A stretch of 64,000 nt of DNA, from NCBI GenBank assembly GCA_934130175.1, contig CAKOXP010000006.1:8868-72867 (forward strand), read 5' to 3'. Positions within the stretch are counted from its first letter, which is position 1, and the number at the start of each line of letters is the position of its first letter. This document shows positions 36,532 through 46,350 of this stretch, piece after piece. Made by a program: the position numbers and the translations under genes. The stretch is from an uncultured Bacilli bacterium (GTDB lineage Bacteria > Bacillota_I > Bacilli_A > RF39 > UBA660). Under the pieces are notes generated by a model. It was not told where the DNA came from and ran no database searches. It saw only the letters and a list, made by a program, of their open reading frames with translations.

Positions 36532-37569
36532 CTAAAATAATTTTAAAATATCATTAAATGTAATATATACCATTAAAAGCATTAATAAAAATAATCCTAT
36601 TGTATGAATCATATTTTCAGTTCTTTGATTTACTGGAGAACCTTTGATTTTTTCAATAATTATAAATAGAATATGTCCTCCATCAAAGGCTGGTAAAGGA
36701 AGTAAATTCAAAAATCCTACATTAATACTTAAAAATGCCATCAAATACATTATTGAAGCAAATCCTGCCCTACTTTGTTCACCAACTATTGAATATATTC
36801 CAACAGGACCTGATAATTGATTAACCTTAACTCCACCTGTAAATAAACTTTCAACTGTAATAAACATTTGTTTAAATAAAGAACCCGTTTTTACAACAGT
36901 ATATTTAACTGAATTAACAAAACCATACTTTTTAGTACTTTGTAGTCCAATACCATATCTATATGCAACTTCACCTTTTTCTTTTACCTTTTTAGGTTTA
37001 AGTTTATAAGTTATGACATTACCATCTTTCTTTTCTACTTTGATAACAGTATTTTTAGTTTTATCAGAAATAGTTAAATAAACAGATACATCGTCTAAAG
37101 TTTTTACTTTTTTATGATTAATTTCTAATATTTCATCACCTTTTTGTAATCCAACTTCACTTGCAGGATATGATTTTTCTACTGATGAAATAATTGGTTC
37201 ATAACTAGAACTTCCACAAAATAACGCTATAAAAAATAATACTAGAATTGCAAAGATAAAATTAAATCCTGGACCAAAGAACATAATCAAGAATCTTTGC
37301 CAAGCTTTCTTTGCTTGTAATCTTTTTTCCTTTGGTACTTTTATATCTTCTTCATCAACTTCTTCTCCTGCCATTGAACAAAATCCACCAATTGGAATCA
37401 GTCTTAAACAGTATTCAGTTTCCTTACCTTTTTTTCCAATTAACTTAGGTCCCATACCTATTGAAAATTCATAAACATAAACACCCATTAATTTAGCAAA
37501 AACAAAGTGTCCTAATTCATGAACAAATACGATTCCACCTAGAACTAGAATAAATATAATAATTGTCAT
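36532..37569 (-). CDS. rseP: RIP site-2 metalloprotease
   Basis: HELGHF zinc motif in TM1, PDZ segment, NLLPLPAFDGGH. Confidence 0.9.
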   Translation of the reverse strand: MTIIIFILVLGGIVFVHELGHFVFAKLMGVYVYEFSIGMGPKLIGKKGKETEYCLRLIPIGGFCSMAGEEVDEEDIKVPKEKRLQAKKAWQRFLIMFFGPGFNFIFAILVLFFIALFCGSSSYEPIISSVEKSYPASEVGLQKGDEILEINHKKVKTLDDVSVYLTISDKTKNTVIKVEKKDGNVITYKLKPKKVKEKGEVAYRYGIGLQSTKKYGFVNSVKYTVVKTGSLFKQMFITVESLFTGGVKVNQLSGPVGIYSIVGEQSRAGFASIMYLMAFLSINVGFLNLLPLPAFDGGHILFIIIEKIKGSPVNQRTENMIHTIGLFLLMLLMVYITFNDILKLF

Positions 37570-37577
37570 AATTCCTC

Positions 37578-38378
37578 CTATATAATTCCTAAAAATAACA
37601 CTGATGCTAGAACAACAAAGATAATACTGTCTAGTCTATCTAGAATTCCACCATGACCTGGAATTAAATTAGAGAAATCTTTTTTCCCATAATATCTTTT
37701 AATAGAAGAAAATACTAGATCTCCAATTTGACCAACACCTGCTAATAACAAAGTGATTAATACTAGAATAGAAAGTGGTAACTTAGGGTTTATTCCAACA
37801 TGATAGAAAACGACAGCTATAACTGTTCCCATAAACAATCCACCAAGTAGTCCTTCAACAGTTTTCTTTGGTGAAATATCTTTTGCTAGAGGATGTTTAC
37901 CAATTAACATTCCGGTAAATAAAGCAAAAGTATCAGTAATAGTTGTTATTAATAACATATATACAATATATAATATGTCATAATTACGAGTAATAATTAT
38001 TAAATTAAAACTTAATCCAATAAATAAAGTTGAACCAATTAAGAATAAAGCATCATTTAAATTGTATCTTTTATTATCATTAATAAATACTAAAGGCATT
38101 AAAAATGCAAAAATGATAAATGACATTACTCTATAGTCTATATTTGTTATAAACTCAATTGATGTAAAGTTTCTTAATGAAAAGAAAACTACTAAAATAT
38201 AAGCAAAGACCTTCATTAAAAATGGAAATTTCTTTTTAGTTTCACGTATATTTAAAATTTCATATAAACCCATTACTGCAAGTAATGACATAAATACTGC
38301 AAAAGCTTTACCACCAATTAACAACAATGGTATAAAAACTAATAGCATAACGATAGCACTAAGTACTCTTTTTTTCAT
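37578..38378 (-). CDS. cdsA: Phosphatidate cytidylyltransferase
   Basis: [28 protein letters not shown] signature. Confidence 0.9.
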   Translation of the reverse strand: MKKRVLSAIVMLLVFIPLLLIGGKAFAVFMSLLAVMGLYEILNIRETKKKFPFLMKVFAYILVVFFSLRNFTSIEFITNIDYRVMSFIIFAFLMPLVFINDNKRYNLNDALFLIGSTLFIGLSFNLIIITRNYDILYIVYMLLITTITDTFALFTGMLIGKHPLAKDISPKKTVEGLLGGLFMGTVIAVVFYHVGINPKLPLSILVLITLLLAGVGQIGDLVFSSIKRYYGKKDFSNLIPGHGGILDRLDSIIFVVLASVLFLGII

Positions 38379-38436
38379 ATTTATATCCTCCTTCTAACTA
38401 TAACAAGTATAATACTAAAGTTAGTTTAAAGGCAAG

Positions 38437-38457
38437 AAAAAAAGCAACAAATGTTGC
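38437..38457 (-). terminator. Intrinsic terminator after khpA
   Basis: Minus strand GGCAACATTTGTTGC followed by TTTTTTT. Confidence 0.55.
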
Positions 38458-38460
38458 CTA

Positions 38461-38709
38461 TTAAAACTTGTCAATATCAATTTTTACATATTTATTGTCT
38501 TTCAATGAACTACTAGCTTGGACTAAAGTTCTAATTGCATTAGAAACTCTTCCACCCTTACCAATAACTCTTGCCATATCATCTTCACTAACCATTACTT
38601 GGATTAAGATGACATTATCTTCATCAGTTGGAAACTCTTTTACACTAACAGAGTCTTCATCTTTGACTATTGATTTAACAATTTTTTCTGTTAAAGCTAC
38701 TAAATCCAT
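38461..38709 (-). CDS. khpA: KH-domain RNA-binding protein (YlqC/KhpA)
   Basis: MDLVALTEKIVKSIV...VIGKGGRVSNAIRTLV (GxxG KH motif); directly after rpsP. Confidence 0.85.
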   Translation of the reverse strand: MDLVALTEKIVKSIVKDEDSVSVKEFPTDEDNVILIQVMVSEDDMARVIGKGGRVSNAIRTLVQASSSLKDNKYVKIDIDKF

Positions 38710-38710
38710 A

Positions 38711-38986
38711 CTATGCTTCCTTCTTATCTTTAGCTTCAGCAAACTTTTTCATGATTCCTGCTTTACTAAATAAGCTTCTAACAGTATCTGTTGGAATAGC
38801 TCCATTGTTTAACCATTTTAATGCTACTTCTTCATTAATTTTAACACTTGAAGTTCCAACTGGACTATAAGTTCCAACTAATTCTAAATATTGACCATCA
38901 CGGCTTCTTCTTGAATCTGTTGCAACAATTCTATATGTTGGATGTTTTTTAGCACCCATTCTTGTTAATCTTAGTTTAACTGCCAT
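38711..38986 (-). CDS. rpsP: 30S ribosomal protein S16
   Basis: [31 protein letters not shown]. Confidence 0.95.
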   Translation of the reverse strand: MAVKLRLTRMGAKKHPTYRIVATDSRRSRDGQYLELVGTYSPVGTSSVKINEEVALKWLNNGAIPTDTVRSLFSKAGIMKKFAEAKDKKEA

Positions 38987-39016
38987 AATTAGCACCTACC
39001 TTTCCTCAGTGCTTTA

Positions 39017-39045
39017 ATTATATTATATTTTTACGTATCTGTCAA
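39017..39045 (-). promoter_or_regulatory. Consensus sigmaA promoter for rpsP
   Basis: Minus strand TTGACA-17 nt-TATAAT, about 30 nt upstream of the rpsP RBS. Confidence 0.6.
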
Positions 39046-39062
39046 CATTTTTTTGATAACAG

Positions 39063-39623
39063 CTAAATTACTTCATTATTGTCTTTGATAACATTTTCAT
39101 CAATGAAATCTTCTTTAACTTCATTATCTATTTCTTTATCCATTACTTCTTGTGATTCTACTATTTCATCCCAAGGATCTTCTTCTTCATCTATTTGGAT
39201 TTTTACTTTTAAATCGCCAACTAATTCGATACCTAATTCTTTTTCAATTACATAATTAATGTTATTTCCATCAATATCTACCTTAACACAATTAGGCTGT
39301 TTTAAGCTTCTTACAATAATTTCTTCTTGATCACTATCGGCATCTTCTCTTCTTCTAACATTAACTATTTCTTGATATGTATTATGTTCTTTTAATACCT
39401 CAGTTTTAGTATCATTATCATATGAATACCAAATATTTACATCATATGATCCATCAATTATAACAGAATCATTTTGTTTTGTTCCCTTAAATTGATGATT
39501 AATAACCCAACACCCTAAAATAGTAGACGGACTATTTTCTACACTCTTTGTATTTTTTGTAGTAAAAGTCTTTTTACCTTTTCCTATAACTGCTTTTGTA
39601 ACAATCTCTTTATAACTAGACAT
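39063..39623 (-). CDS. cotE: Outer spore coat morphogenetic protein CotE
   Basis: MSSYKEIVTKAVIGKGKK...STILGCWVINHQF...YDVNIWYSYDNDTKTEV...LKQPNCVKV...acidic tail; collinear with my recollection of B. subtilis CotE. Confidence 0.85.
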   Translation of the reverse strand: MSSYKEIVTKAVIGKGKKTFTTKNTKSVENSPSTILGCWVINHQFKGTKQNDSVIIDGSYDVNIWYSYDNDTKTEVLKEHNTYQEIVNVRRREDADSDQEEIIVRSLKQPNCVKVDIDGNNINYVIEKELGIELVGDLKVKIQIDEEEDPWDEIVESQEVMDKEIDNEVKEDFIDENVIKDNNEVI

Positions 39624-39684
39624 ATTACTCCTCCTCTAGTCTAATGTATGCGACTACTTTCTAAAAATTACTATATTTAATAAG

Positions 39685-39711
39685 AAAAAAGACAATCACC
39701 AAGTAATTGTC
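39685..39711 (-). terminator. Intrinsic terminator (GACAAT...ATTGTC)
   Basis: Hairpin abutting the TGA at 39712-14, then T-run; about 80% identical to the terminator at 41235..41262. Confidence 0.6.
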
Positions 39712-40416
39712 TCACTCAACTCTTTTATACATATAAACAACAGTGTATGGATCATGACCACTAATAGTAACACTTGTCTTTGTTCCAGAAAAGGTATGAC
39801 TATGATTCATAGTATGGCTGTGTCCTACTCCATAATCTCCATATCCTGTTTGATCCGCCATTGTTACAACATATCCATCTCCATGTGCTCCCCATAGTCC
39901 AAGTGACCAAGCACCACCAGTAACATAGGCACTTCTTGCTAATCCTTTCGGTGTTTGAGCTAATGTTAAAGCTGTACTTCCTGTAGAACCAGTATATCCA
40001 GAAATTGTACCACTAGGTGTAAATGTTGCGGTTTTAGTTGTTAAATTAACTGCACCATCAACAGTTGTATATGAACCACCTTTACCAACCAAAGTTGCAC
40101 CAGATGCAAATGCTTTCCATTTTCCAACACCAAGTGTTGTTGCAACATCATTAGGATTTGAGATAGAAGTTGACATATAAATACTTCCTTTTGGATAAAG
40201 TGCTTCCATTAATGTCTTTAATTTTTTTTCAAAATTAGTACAAGTTCCATCAAGTGCAGCTTGAACATTAGTTGCTCCTAAAGAAATTTTATCATCATAC
40301 TTTATATAACTACCTGATATTGATGCCTGAACATAAGAACTAGTATAACCAATGACTATAGTAATTAACAATACAACAATGTATATTCTAATTTCTTGTT
40401 TTAACTCTTTTTTCAT
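39712..40416 (-). CDS. Membrane-anchored phage-tail-collar-like HxH-motif protein (paralogue B)
   Basis: N-terminal TM; NVQAALDG; LYPKGSIYMS...GKWKAF; TALTLAQTPKGLARS; GGAWSLGLWGAHGDG; GHSHTMNHSHTFSGT. Confidence 0.6.
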   Translation of the reverse strand: MKKELKQEIRIYIVVLLITIVIGYTSSYVQASISGSYIKYDDKISLGATNVQAALDGTCTNFEKKLKTLMEALYPKGSIYMSTSISNPNDVATTLGVGKWKAFASGATLVGKGGSYTTVDGAVNLTTKTATFTPSGTISGYTGSTGSTALTLAQTPKGLARSAYVTGGAWSLGLWGAHGDGYVVTMADQTGYGDYGVGHSHTMNHSHTFSGTKTSVTISGHDPYTVVYMYKRVE

Positions 40417-40431
40417 AATTTACTACTCCCA

Positions 40432-41157
40432 TCATTTTGTTCTTTTATACATGTAAACTACTACATAATCATCTTGGATATCTTGATTCAAAGTAACAGC
40501 TGTTCCACTAAAAGTATGACCATGATTTATAGTATGTGAATGTGCCTGGCCATAAGTTCCATACCCATTCTGATCTGACATTGTAACAACATTACCGTCT
40601 CCATGGCCTCCCCATGAACCAAGTGACCAAGCACCACCAGAGACAATTGTATGACGAGCCAATCCCTTTGGTGTTTGGTCAAGACTAATAGCTGTTCCAC
40701 CACTATTTCCACTATAATTAGAAACAGTTCCCTTAACATTTGAAGCAGAAATTTCGATTTTTTTGTTTAGACTTCCGCCACTTTTATTAACTACATATGT
40801 TGTTCCATCTGCGCCGACTAATTCCTTTCCAGTAGAATATTCTTCCCATTCTGTGTCAAGACCAAGCTTAGAAAATTTTTCTTTTACACTATTACTGCTA
40901 CTTTCAGCAGTAGTAATATAAATACTATCTACTGGATAAAGTGCATTTATTTTATCTGATAATTGATTATCAAATTTAATACATATTTTATCTAAAGCAT
41001 CCTGAACATTAAAAGCACCTAAATTAGAGTTATCTGTATATTCAACATTAAAAGCACTAATATAAGTTTGAGCTGATGAACTTGCACAACCAAAAACAAC
41101 AACAATCAAAGAAACTATTGTATATATTCGAATTTTTCTTTTTTTATCTTGCTCCAC
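40432..41157 (-). CDS. Membrane-anchored phage-tail-collar-like HxH-motif protein (paralogue A)
   Basis: Same layout: NVQDALDK, LYPVDSIYIT, TAISLDQTPKGLARH, GGAWSLGSWGGHGDG, AHSHTINHGHTFSGT, shared C-terminus VVYMYKR. Confidence 0.6.
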   Translation of the reverse strand: MEQDKKRKIRIYTIVSLIVVVFGCASSSAQTYISAFNVEYTDNSNLGAFNVQDALDKICIKFDNQLSDKINALYPVDSIYITTAESSSNSVKEKFSKLGLDTEWEEYSTGKELVGADGTTYVVNKSGGSLNKKIEISASNVKGTVSNYSGNSGGTAISLDQTPKGLARHTIVSGGAWSLGSWGGHGDGNVVTMSDQNGYGTYGQAHSHTINHGHTFSGTAVTLNQDIQDDYVVVYMYKRTK

Positions 41158-41234
41158 TTTACCGCCTCATCATCATATCTTATACAACTAATTATATATT
41201 AAAAGAAAATAATTTTCAATATTTATAAATCGTC

Positions 41235-41262
41235 AAAAAAAGACAACTACTAAGTAATTGTC
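41235..41262 (-). terminator. Intrinsic terminator (GACAAC...ATTGTC)
   Basis: Hairpin overlapping the TAG of the deacetylase gene, then T-run. Confidence 0.6.
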
Positions 41263-42953
41263 TAACTAACCATATTTATAAATTGTTCCATCGAATGACT
41301 CTTATGAATTGGATATCTTGGAACTAGGTATTTGTTATCACTTCTTTTAGCTTTTCTGCTGCCTCCTACAAAAGCAAGTTTAAATCCTGCTTCTTTAACA
41401 GTTTCTAAAGCTTGAGCACTATAACTATAAAATGGGAAACAGAAGGAATTATTATTATCAACAATAGATAAAGATTTCTTTAAATCTTCCATTAATTGTT
41501 CTTTGCTAGCACAAACAACCTGTCCTCTTCCACAATCCCCATATTGATGCATATCATAAGTATGAGATTGAATATCTAAATTTTTAGAACGATAATTATT
41601 AACATCCCACCAACCACTTATTAAGAATAAAGTAGCATTCATATTATACTCTTCCAAAATAGGAATTAGCTTATTACCATTATGTTTACCTGTTCCCATC
41701 GCACCATCATCAACGGTAATTAAAACACTTTTTTCTGGAAGTTCTATTTCACCATACATCCATTTTGTAAATTCATCCATCTTTAAAGTTCTATAGCCAT
41801 TATTCTTTAAATAATCCAAGTGTTGTCTAAATACTTTTACATCTAGACAAATATTTTCATTACAAGATTCACCTTGACTAGAATCATAGAAGAAATGATA
41901 ATTTAAAACAGGAATTGATTGTTCATTTGCTTTTGCTTTGAAAATAACTTCTTCTACTACATCTTCACCATTAACCATCTTTTTAAAATTATCTAGACTT
42001 GTAATATTTTTAATAGAATACCTATCTATAGATTCAATATTACTATCCCTAGTTGATTTTTTATTAGTATTATTAAATTTTAATCCTGTATTATCATCAA
42101 GTAAATTTATTTTATACTCACTCTTATTATTCCAGTTTGTTAAAGTATCATTACTATTAGTTGTAGTTAATAAGATAGCATTCTTCTTTAGTCTTATTCT
42201 TTTATTTAAATACGCCTTATATTCATCAATAGAAATACTATAGTATCCTGCTTCTTTCAAATAATTAGTTTCTTCTTCTACTTTAGATAGTGGAATACAG
42301 TTAATTGTAGAACATGCCTCATTACTATAGATAGTGTCATAATTAATAACACTTATATAATTAGATTCTTCTTCTTTCGTATTTTCTTTATCTGTTAAAA
42401 TATCCTTAGATGTTATTTTTAACTTCATTAAATGATCTAGATATAAAACATAATAATAATTATCATCCATATATTCTATTGGCAAACTTAAGTTTTTCTT
42501 TATACTAAACGCTTCTTTATCATTATAATAAAATTTAGTATTTTTAACTACTTCTATATTTTTATTAAATATTAAATAATTAGAATTTATTTTATCATCA
42601 ACTACTATTTTACTAGGTTTAACATCTAAATAATAAATATAATAATTGGTATTCTTAATTTTATAATATTTATTTTTGGTATCTTTAAATTTTTGTTTTT
42701 CAAGTGTTAAAGTAAAATCTTTAGAAAGTTTTCCAATAATTTTTTCATTCTTATCATAAATATTAATCTTTTTTGTTGTAATAACATTTGTATCATAATG
42801 TTTCTTTATATTTTTTAATAAATCATTATCAAATTTAACATAAAGTATTAAACCAATTCCTAACAATAAAATTGAACTAATAAGACAAAAAATCATTACT
42901 TTTCTTCTGTTCTTATCCTTTTTTTGTTCACCTATTCTCTTTTTCATATTCAC
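41262..42953 (-). CDS. Membrane-anchored polysaccharide deacetylase (NodB homology domain)
   Basis: N-terminal TM; C-terminal VLITVDDGAMGTG...ATLFLISG...DIQSHTYDMH. Confidence 0.75.
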   Translation of the reverse strand: MNMKKRIGEQKKDKNRRKVMIFCLISSILLLGIGLILYVKFDNDLLKNIKKHYDTNVITTKKINIYDKNEKIIGKLSKDFTLTLEKQKFKDTKNKYYKIKNTNYYIYYLDVKPSKIVVDDKINSNYLIFNKNIEVVKNTKFYYNDKEAFSIKKNLSLPIEYMDDNYYYVLYLDHLMKLKITSKDILTDKENTKEEESNYISVINYDTIYSNEACSTINCIPLSKVEEETNYLKEAGYYSISIDEYKAYLNKRIRLKKNAILLTTTNSNDTLTNWNNKSEYKINLLDDNTGLKFNNTNKKSTRDSNIESIDRYSIKNITSLDNFKKMVNGEDVVEEVIFKAKANEQSIPVLNYHFFYDSSQGESCNENICLDVKVFRQHLDYLKNNGYRTLKMDEFTKWMYGEIELPEKSVLITVDDGAMGTGKHNGNKLIPILEEYNMNATLFLISGWWDVNNYRSKNLDIQSHTYDMHQYGDCGRGQVVCASKEQLMEDLKKSLSIVDNNNSFCFPFYSYSAQALETVKEAGFKLAFVGGSRKAKRSDNKYLVPRYPIHKSHSMEQFINMVS

Positions 42954-43024
42954 CCACTCTTATCTTACTTCAAATTAATTATATTATAATAATTAATAAT
43001 TAACAATCAAAAAAGAGGTAAATT

Positions 43025-43372
43025 TCAAACTTTCATATCATTATTCATCTTCTTACCAAAATAATCATTTAAATAATCTTTAATGATATTAATATTTCTA
43101 TTTACTTCTTCTAAGTTTTCTTTATAGATAGAATAAATTGGAATCTCTTCTAATACTTTATTTTTCTCATCTAATCTTTGTTTTATACCTGTATCAAAAC
43201 CACTTCTAACATATTTTTTTTGTAACAATTTTATATCAGTTACCAACTTTGTTAGTTCTTGATTTTTTTTCATCTTTTCTTTTAGTTCAAGACAAGTTTT
43301 ATATTCATTTGAATCCTTTATATAAGAAATTAAATCATCCAAGCTTTCATCTAATTTATTTAAGTTTTCCAT
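43025..43372 (-). CDS. ymcA: YlbF/YmcA-family regulator (RicA-like)
   Basis: 115-aa helical protein with ...LEEIPIYSIYKENLEEVNRNINIIKDYL; sits right after miaB as in B. subtilis. Confidence 0.6.
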   Translation of the reverse strand: MENLNKLDESLDDLISYIKDSNEYKTCLELKEKMKKNQELTKLVTDIKLLQKKYVRSGFDTGIKQRLDEKNKVLEEIPIYSIYKENLEEVNRNINIIKDYLNDYFGKKMNNDMKV

Positions 43373-44783
43373 CTAAGCTCCATGTCTTTGCTTCTGTTAT
43401 TTCTACGGAAACTATATCGCCAACTTTTTTACCAGTACCTGTAAAATTAACTAGTTTATTTGTCTTTGTATATCCATAATACATATCTTTTTTAGATGAT
43501 ACTCCTTCAAGTAACACTTCAACTGTTTTTCCAACTAATTCTTGATTTTTTTCTAAAAAATATTTATTAACAATATTATTTAGTCTTTGTAATCTTTCCT
43601 CTTTTTCTTCTTTGGTTGTATTATCTTTTAATTTAGCAGCAGGAGTATTTTCACGAGGTGAAAAAATAAAAGTGAAAGCATTATCAAATTTACAGTACTC
43701 TGCTATTTCTAAAGTCTCTAAAAAGTCAGATTCTTCTTCACCTGGGAAACCTACAATGATATCTGTTGAAATACTTACATTAGGAATTGTCTTTTTAATT
43801 TTATCAAATAAAGTTAAATAACTTTCTTTAGTATAACGTCTTCCCATTAATTTTAAAACTCTACTACTTCCAGATTGAATTGGTAAATGAATACTAGGCA
43901 TAATATTTTCATATTTAGCTATTTTTTCAATCATACTATCGGTAAAATCCCATGGATGTGAAGTCATAAATCTAATTCTTGGAATATTTGTTTTACTTAC
44001 ATCTTCTAATAACTCACCAAGTCCATAATCATCATATAAATCTTTACCATAAGCATTAACATTTTGTCCAAGTAAAGTTACTTCTTTATAACCTTCTTCA
44101 ACTAAAGTATTTATCTCTTTTAAAATATCTTCTTTTTTTCTACTTCTTTGTCCACCCCTAGTATATGGAACTATACAGTAAGTACAAAATTTATCACAAC
44201 CATAAATAATATTAACATATGCTTTATAATTTTTATCCCTCTTAACAGGCATATCTTCAATTAGATCTCCCTCTTTTGAAAATACTTCTATTGTTTGAAC
44301 TTTACTTTCAATAGCTTTATCTAAAATTTCTGGTAATTGATATAAATTATGAGTTCCAAAGACGAAATTAACAAATTTATAATCTTTTAATATTTCATCA
44401 ATAACTCCTTGTTCTTGAGCCATACATCCACATAACCCAACAATTAAATCAGGGTTAGTAGTTTCTTTTATATGTTTTAATCTTCCAAGCATTCCAAAGG
44501 CTTTATTATGAGCATTTTCTCTAATAGAACATGTATTTAATAATACTAGATCAGCATCATCATACCTTTCACATTTACTAAAACCTAGACTCTCTATCAT
44601 CGCACTAATATTTTCACTATCATGCTCATTCATTTGGCAACCATAAGTTTTAATAAAGTATTTCTTACCCTTGTATTTATTTAAATATTTTTCATCTATA
44701 TTATAATTAACAGTTTTATACTCTTTAGCTTTTCTCAATCTTGCTTCTTTATAATTTGGTAAATTCATAAATCTCACATCCAC
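43356..44783 (-). CDS. miaB: tRNA-i6A37 methylthiotransferase
   Basis: FIKTYGCQMNEHD, radical-SAM YGCDKFCTYCIVP, C-terminal TRAM domain. Confidence 0.9.
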   Translation of the reverse strand: MDVRFMNLPNYKEARLRKAKEYKTVNYNIDEKYLNKYKGKKYFIKTYGCQMNEHDSENISAMIESLGFSKCERYDDADLVLLNTCSIRENAHNKAFGMLGRLKHIKETTNPDLIVGLCGCMAQEQGVIDEILKDYKFVNFVFGTHNLYQLPEILDKAIESKVQTIEVFSKEGDLIEDMPVKRDKNYKAYVNIIYGCDKFCTYCIVPYTRGGQRSRKKEDILKEINTLVEEGYKEVTLLGQNVNAYGKDLYDDYGLGELLEDVSKTNIPRIRFMTSHPWDFTDSMIEKIAKYENIMPSIHLPIQSGSSRVLKLMGRRYTKESYLTLFDKIKKTIPNVSISTDIIVGFPGEEESDFLETLEIAEYCKFDNAFTFIFSPRENTPAAKLKDNTTKEEKEERLQRLNNIVNKYFLEKNQELVGKTVEVLLEGVSSKKDMYYGYTKTNKLVNFTGTGKKVGDIVSVEITEAKTWSLDGKLK

Positions 44784-44834
44784 TTCTTTTAGTATTATAT
44801 AAATAGAAAGAAAAAAAGTAAAGAGAACATTTTC

Positions 44835-45407
44835 TTATTTCTTTACTTTTACATTTGCTTTTTCTTTAACTAAATCACTGAAGAAATATTTATCATCTTC
44901 ATAAACCACATATTTTTTTGGCTGTTCCACCTTACCATCAAGATTATCTAAATACTTATCAAAATCACCATTATTCAAGATAAAGTCTAAGACTCTTAAA
45001 TCACAAATATCAGCTAATTCTTCTTTTCTTCCACTTACTCTTCCTTTAAACAAAGGTAATATTTTATTAGCCATCTTTGTGTTATCTTCAAATGTTGCGA
45101 CACTGTAAGCATTAACTATTTTTTTATAAGTAACATCTGTATCTTCATCAATAAAATTTTCAGGATGTGAAAGAATAAAACGTCCTAAAATACTATCTTT
45201 TCTTAAAGCAACATCATCATTTATAAATATTCCTTGTTTCTTTGCAAAAGTAAAAAGGCCAAAATAAACAGATTGTAATTCTTCATATACCGCCAAATCT
45301 ATTCTTTCATCATCAACTAAAAATAATGATAATCCATTTATTTTGACTGGAATAGTAATATATTCATCATTAGTCTTAATACTTTTATAACGTACCTTAC
45401 TTTGCAT
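44835..45407 (-). CDS. Hypothetical protein (190 aa)
   Basis: Soluble, no motif recognised. Confidence 0.45.
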   Translation of the reverse strand: MQSKVRYKSIKTNDEYITIPVKINGLSLFLVDDERIDLAVYEELQSVYFGLFTFAKKQGIFINDDVALRKDSILGRFILSHPENFIDEDTDVTYKKIVNAYSVATFEDNTKMANKILPLFKGRVSGRKEELADICDLRVLDFILNNGDFDKYLDNLDGKVEQPKKYVVYEDDKYFFSDLVKEKANVKVKK

Positions 45408-45489
45408 ATGAACCCTCCTTGTTACAAATATTATAATAATTATTATTTATTTTTACAAGAAAAAAGCAACAATTATTAAAATTATTGCT

Positions 45490-46179
45490 TTAAACAAATT
45501 CACTTATCATCACTTCTAGGCTTTGATATTTATTTTTCATTAGTTCATTTTTTATAATATCCATATTCTTAACTATTTCTTTGATTAATTCTTGAAGGTT
45601 CGGTAATAATGATTCTTTCTTCTCTAAACTTGAAATAATTGATTTTAAATTATCTAGTTTTGAATACTTTCCATAACTACTATTAGTAATATATGTATCA
45701 AATATCTTTTTAAATGACATTACATCTATATTATTAAATCTTTTATCTTCTAAAATTTTTAAAGTTGTATAAATATAATTTTCATTAATTGCTTTATCAA
45801 GTAATGTTTCCCCTTTTTTGTTTTTAATATTAGGAGAAAATTCTTTATTTTTTTTCAATTGTTTAATTATATCTAGTACGTATACATAATTAATACCTGC
45901 TAAATAATGTCCAAATGTATTACCATCGTAATTTTGATGATTTACATTCCAATTTTTATTTTTCATATATTTTAAAACTAAATCATATTGTCTAGCCTTT
46001 AATAATCTTGTTATAACATCATTAGAAGCATTATCAACTTCATTAACACTGACAATTTTTTTTGAAAGTAATTTATCTACTAATTCAAAATGTCCTTCCT
46101 TAATTAAATCAAAAATCAGGGATGGATCTTCTTCACATGCTTTTATTGCTTTTAATTCATTATAAAACATAATTAACAC
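45490..46179 (-). CDS. Ankyrin-repeat-like protein
   Basis: NYDGNTFGHYLAGIN...IKQLKKNKEFSPNIKNKKGETLLDKAINEN fits the ANK consensus (D-G-x-T-x-LH-x-A ... G-x-T-LL-x-A). Confidence 0.5.
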   Translation of the reverse strand: MLIMFYNELKAIKACEEDPSLIFDLIKEGHFELVDKLLSKKIVSVNEVDNASNDVITRLLKARQYDLVLKYMKNKNWNVNHQNYDGNTFGHYLAGINYVYVLDIIKQLKKNKEFSPNIKNKKGETLLDKAINENYIYTTLKILEDKRFNNIDVMSFKKIFDTYITNSSYGKYSKLDNLKSIISSLEKKESLLPNLQELIKEIVKNMDIIKNELMKNKYQSLEVMISEFV

Positions 46180-46350
46180 CTCTTATTTCACGTGACAGTT
46201 TCATATTATACCAAAAAATACTCATTCTGTCAATTTTTAATAGTGATACACCTACTAATATTATTGTGATAAAGAAGGATAAATAATATACAAAATTATA
46301 GTATTTTAGATATTTTTTTGATATACTAAAATCTATAAAGGAGAGTGTAT

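Noticed and set aside
44757-44784. Apparent extra T at the 44760/44761 line junction that would frameshift the first 8 codons of miaB
   Set aside because: The supplied ORF track reads straight through (MDVRFMNLPNYKEA...), and coordinates downstream check out. This is most likely my own miscount of a homopolymer at a line break, so it is not reported as a frameshift.
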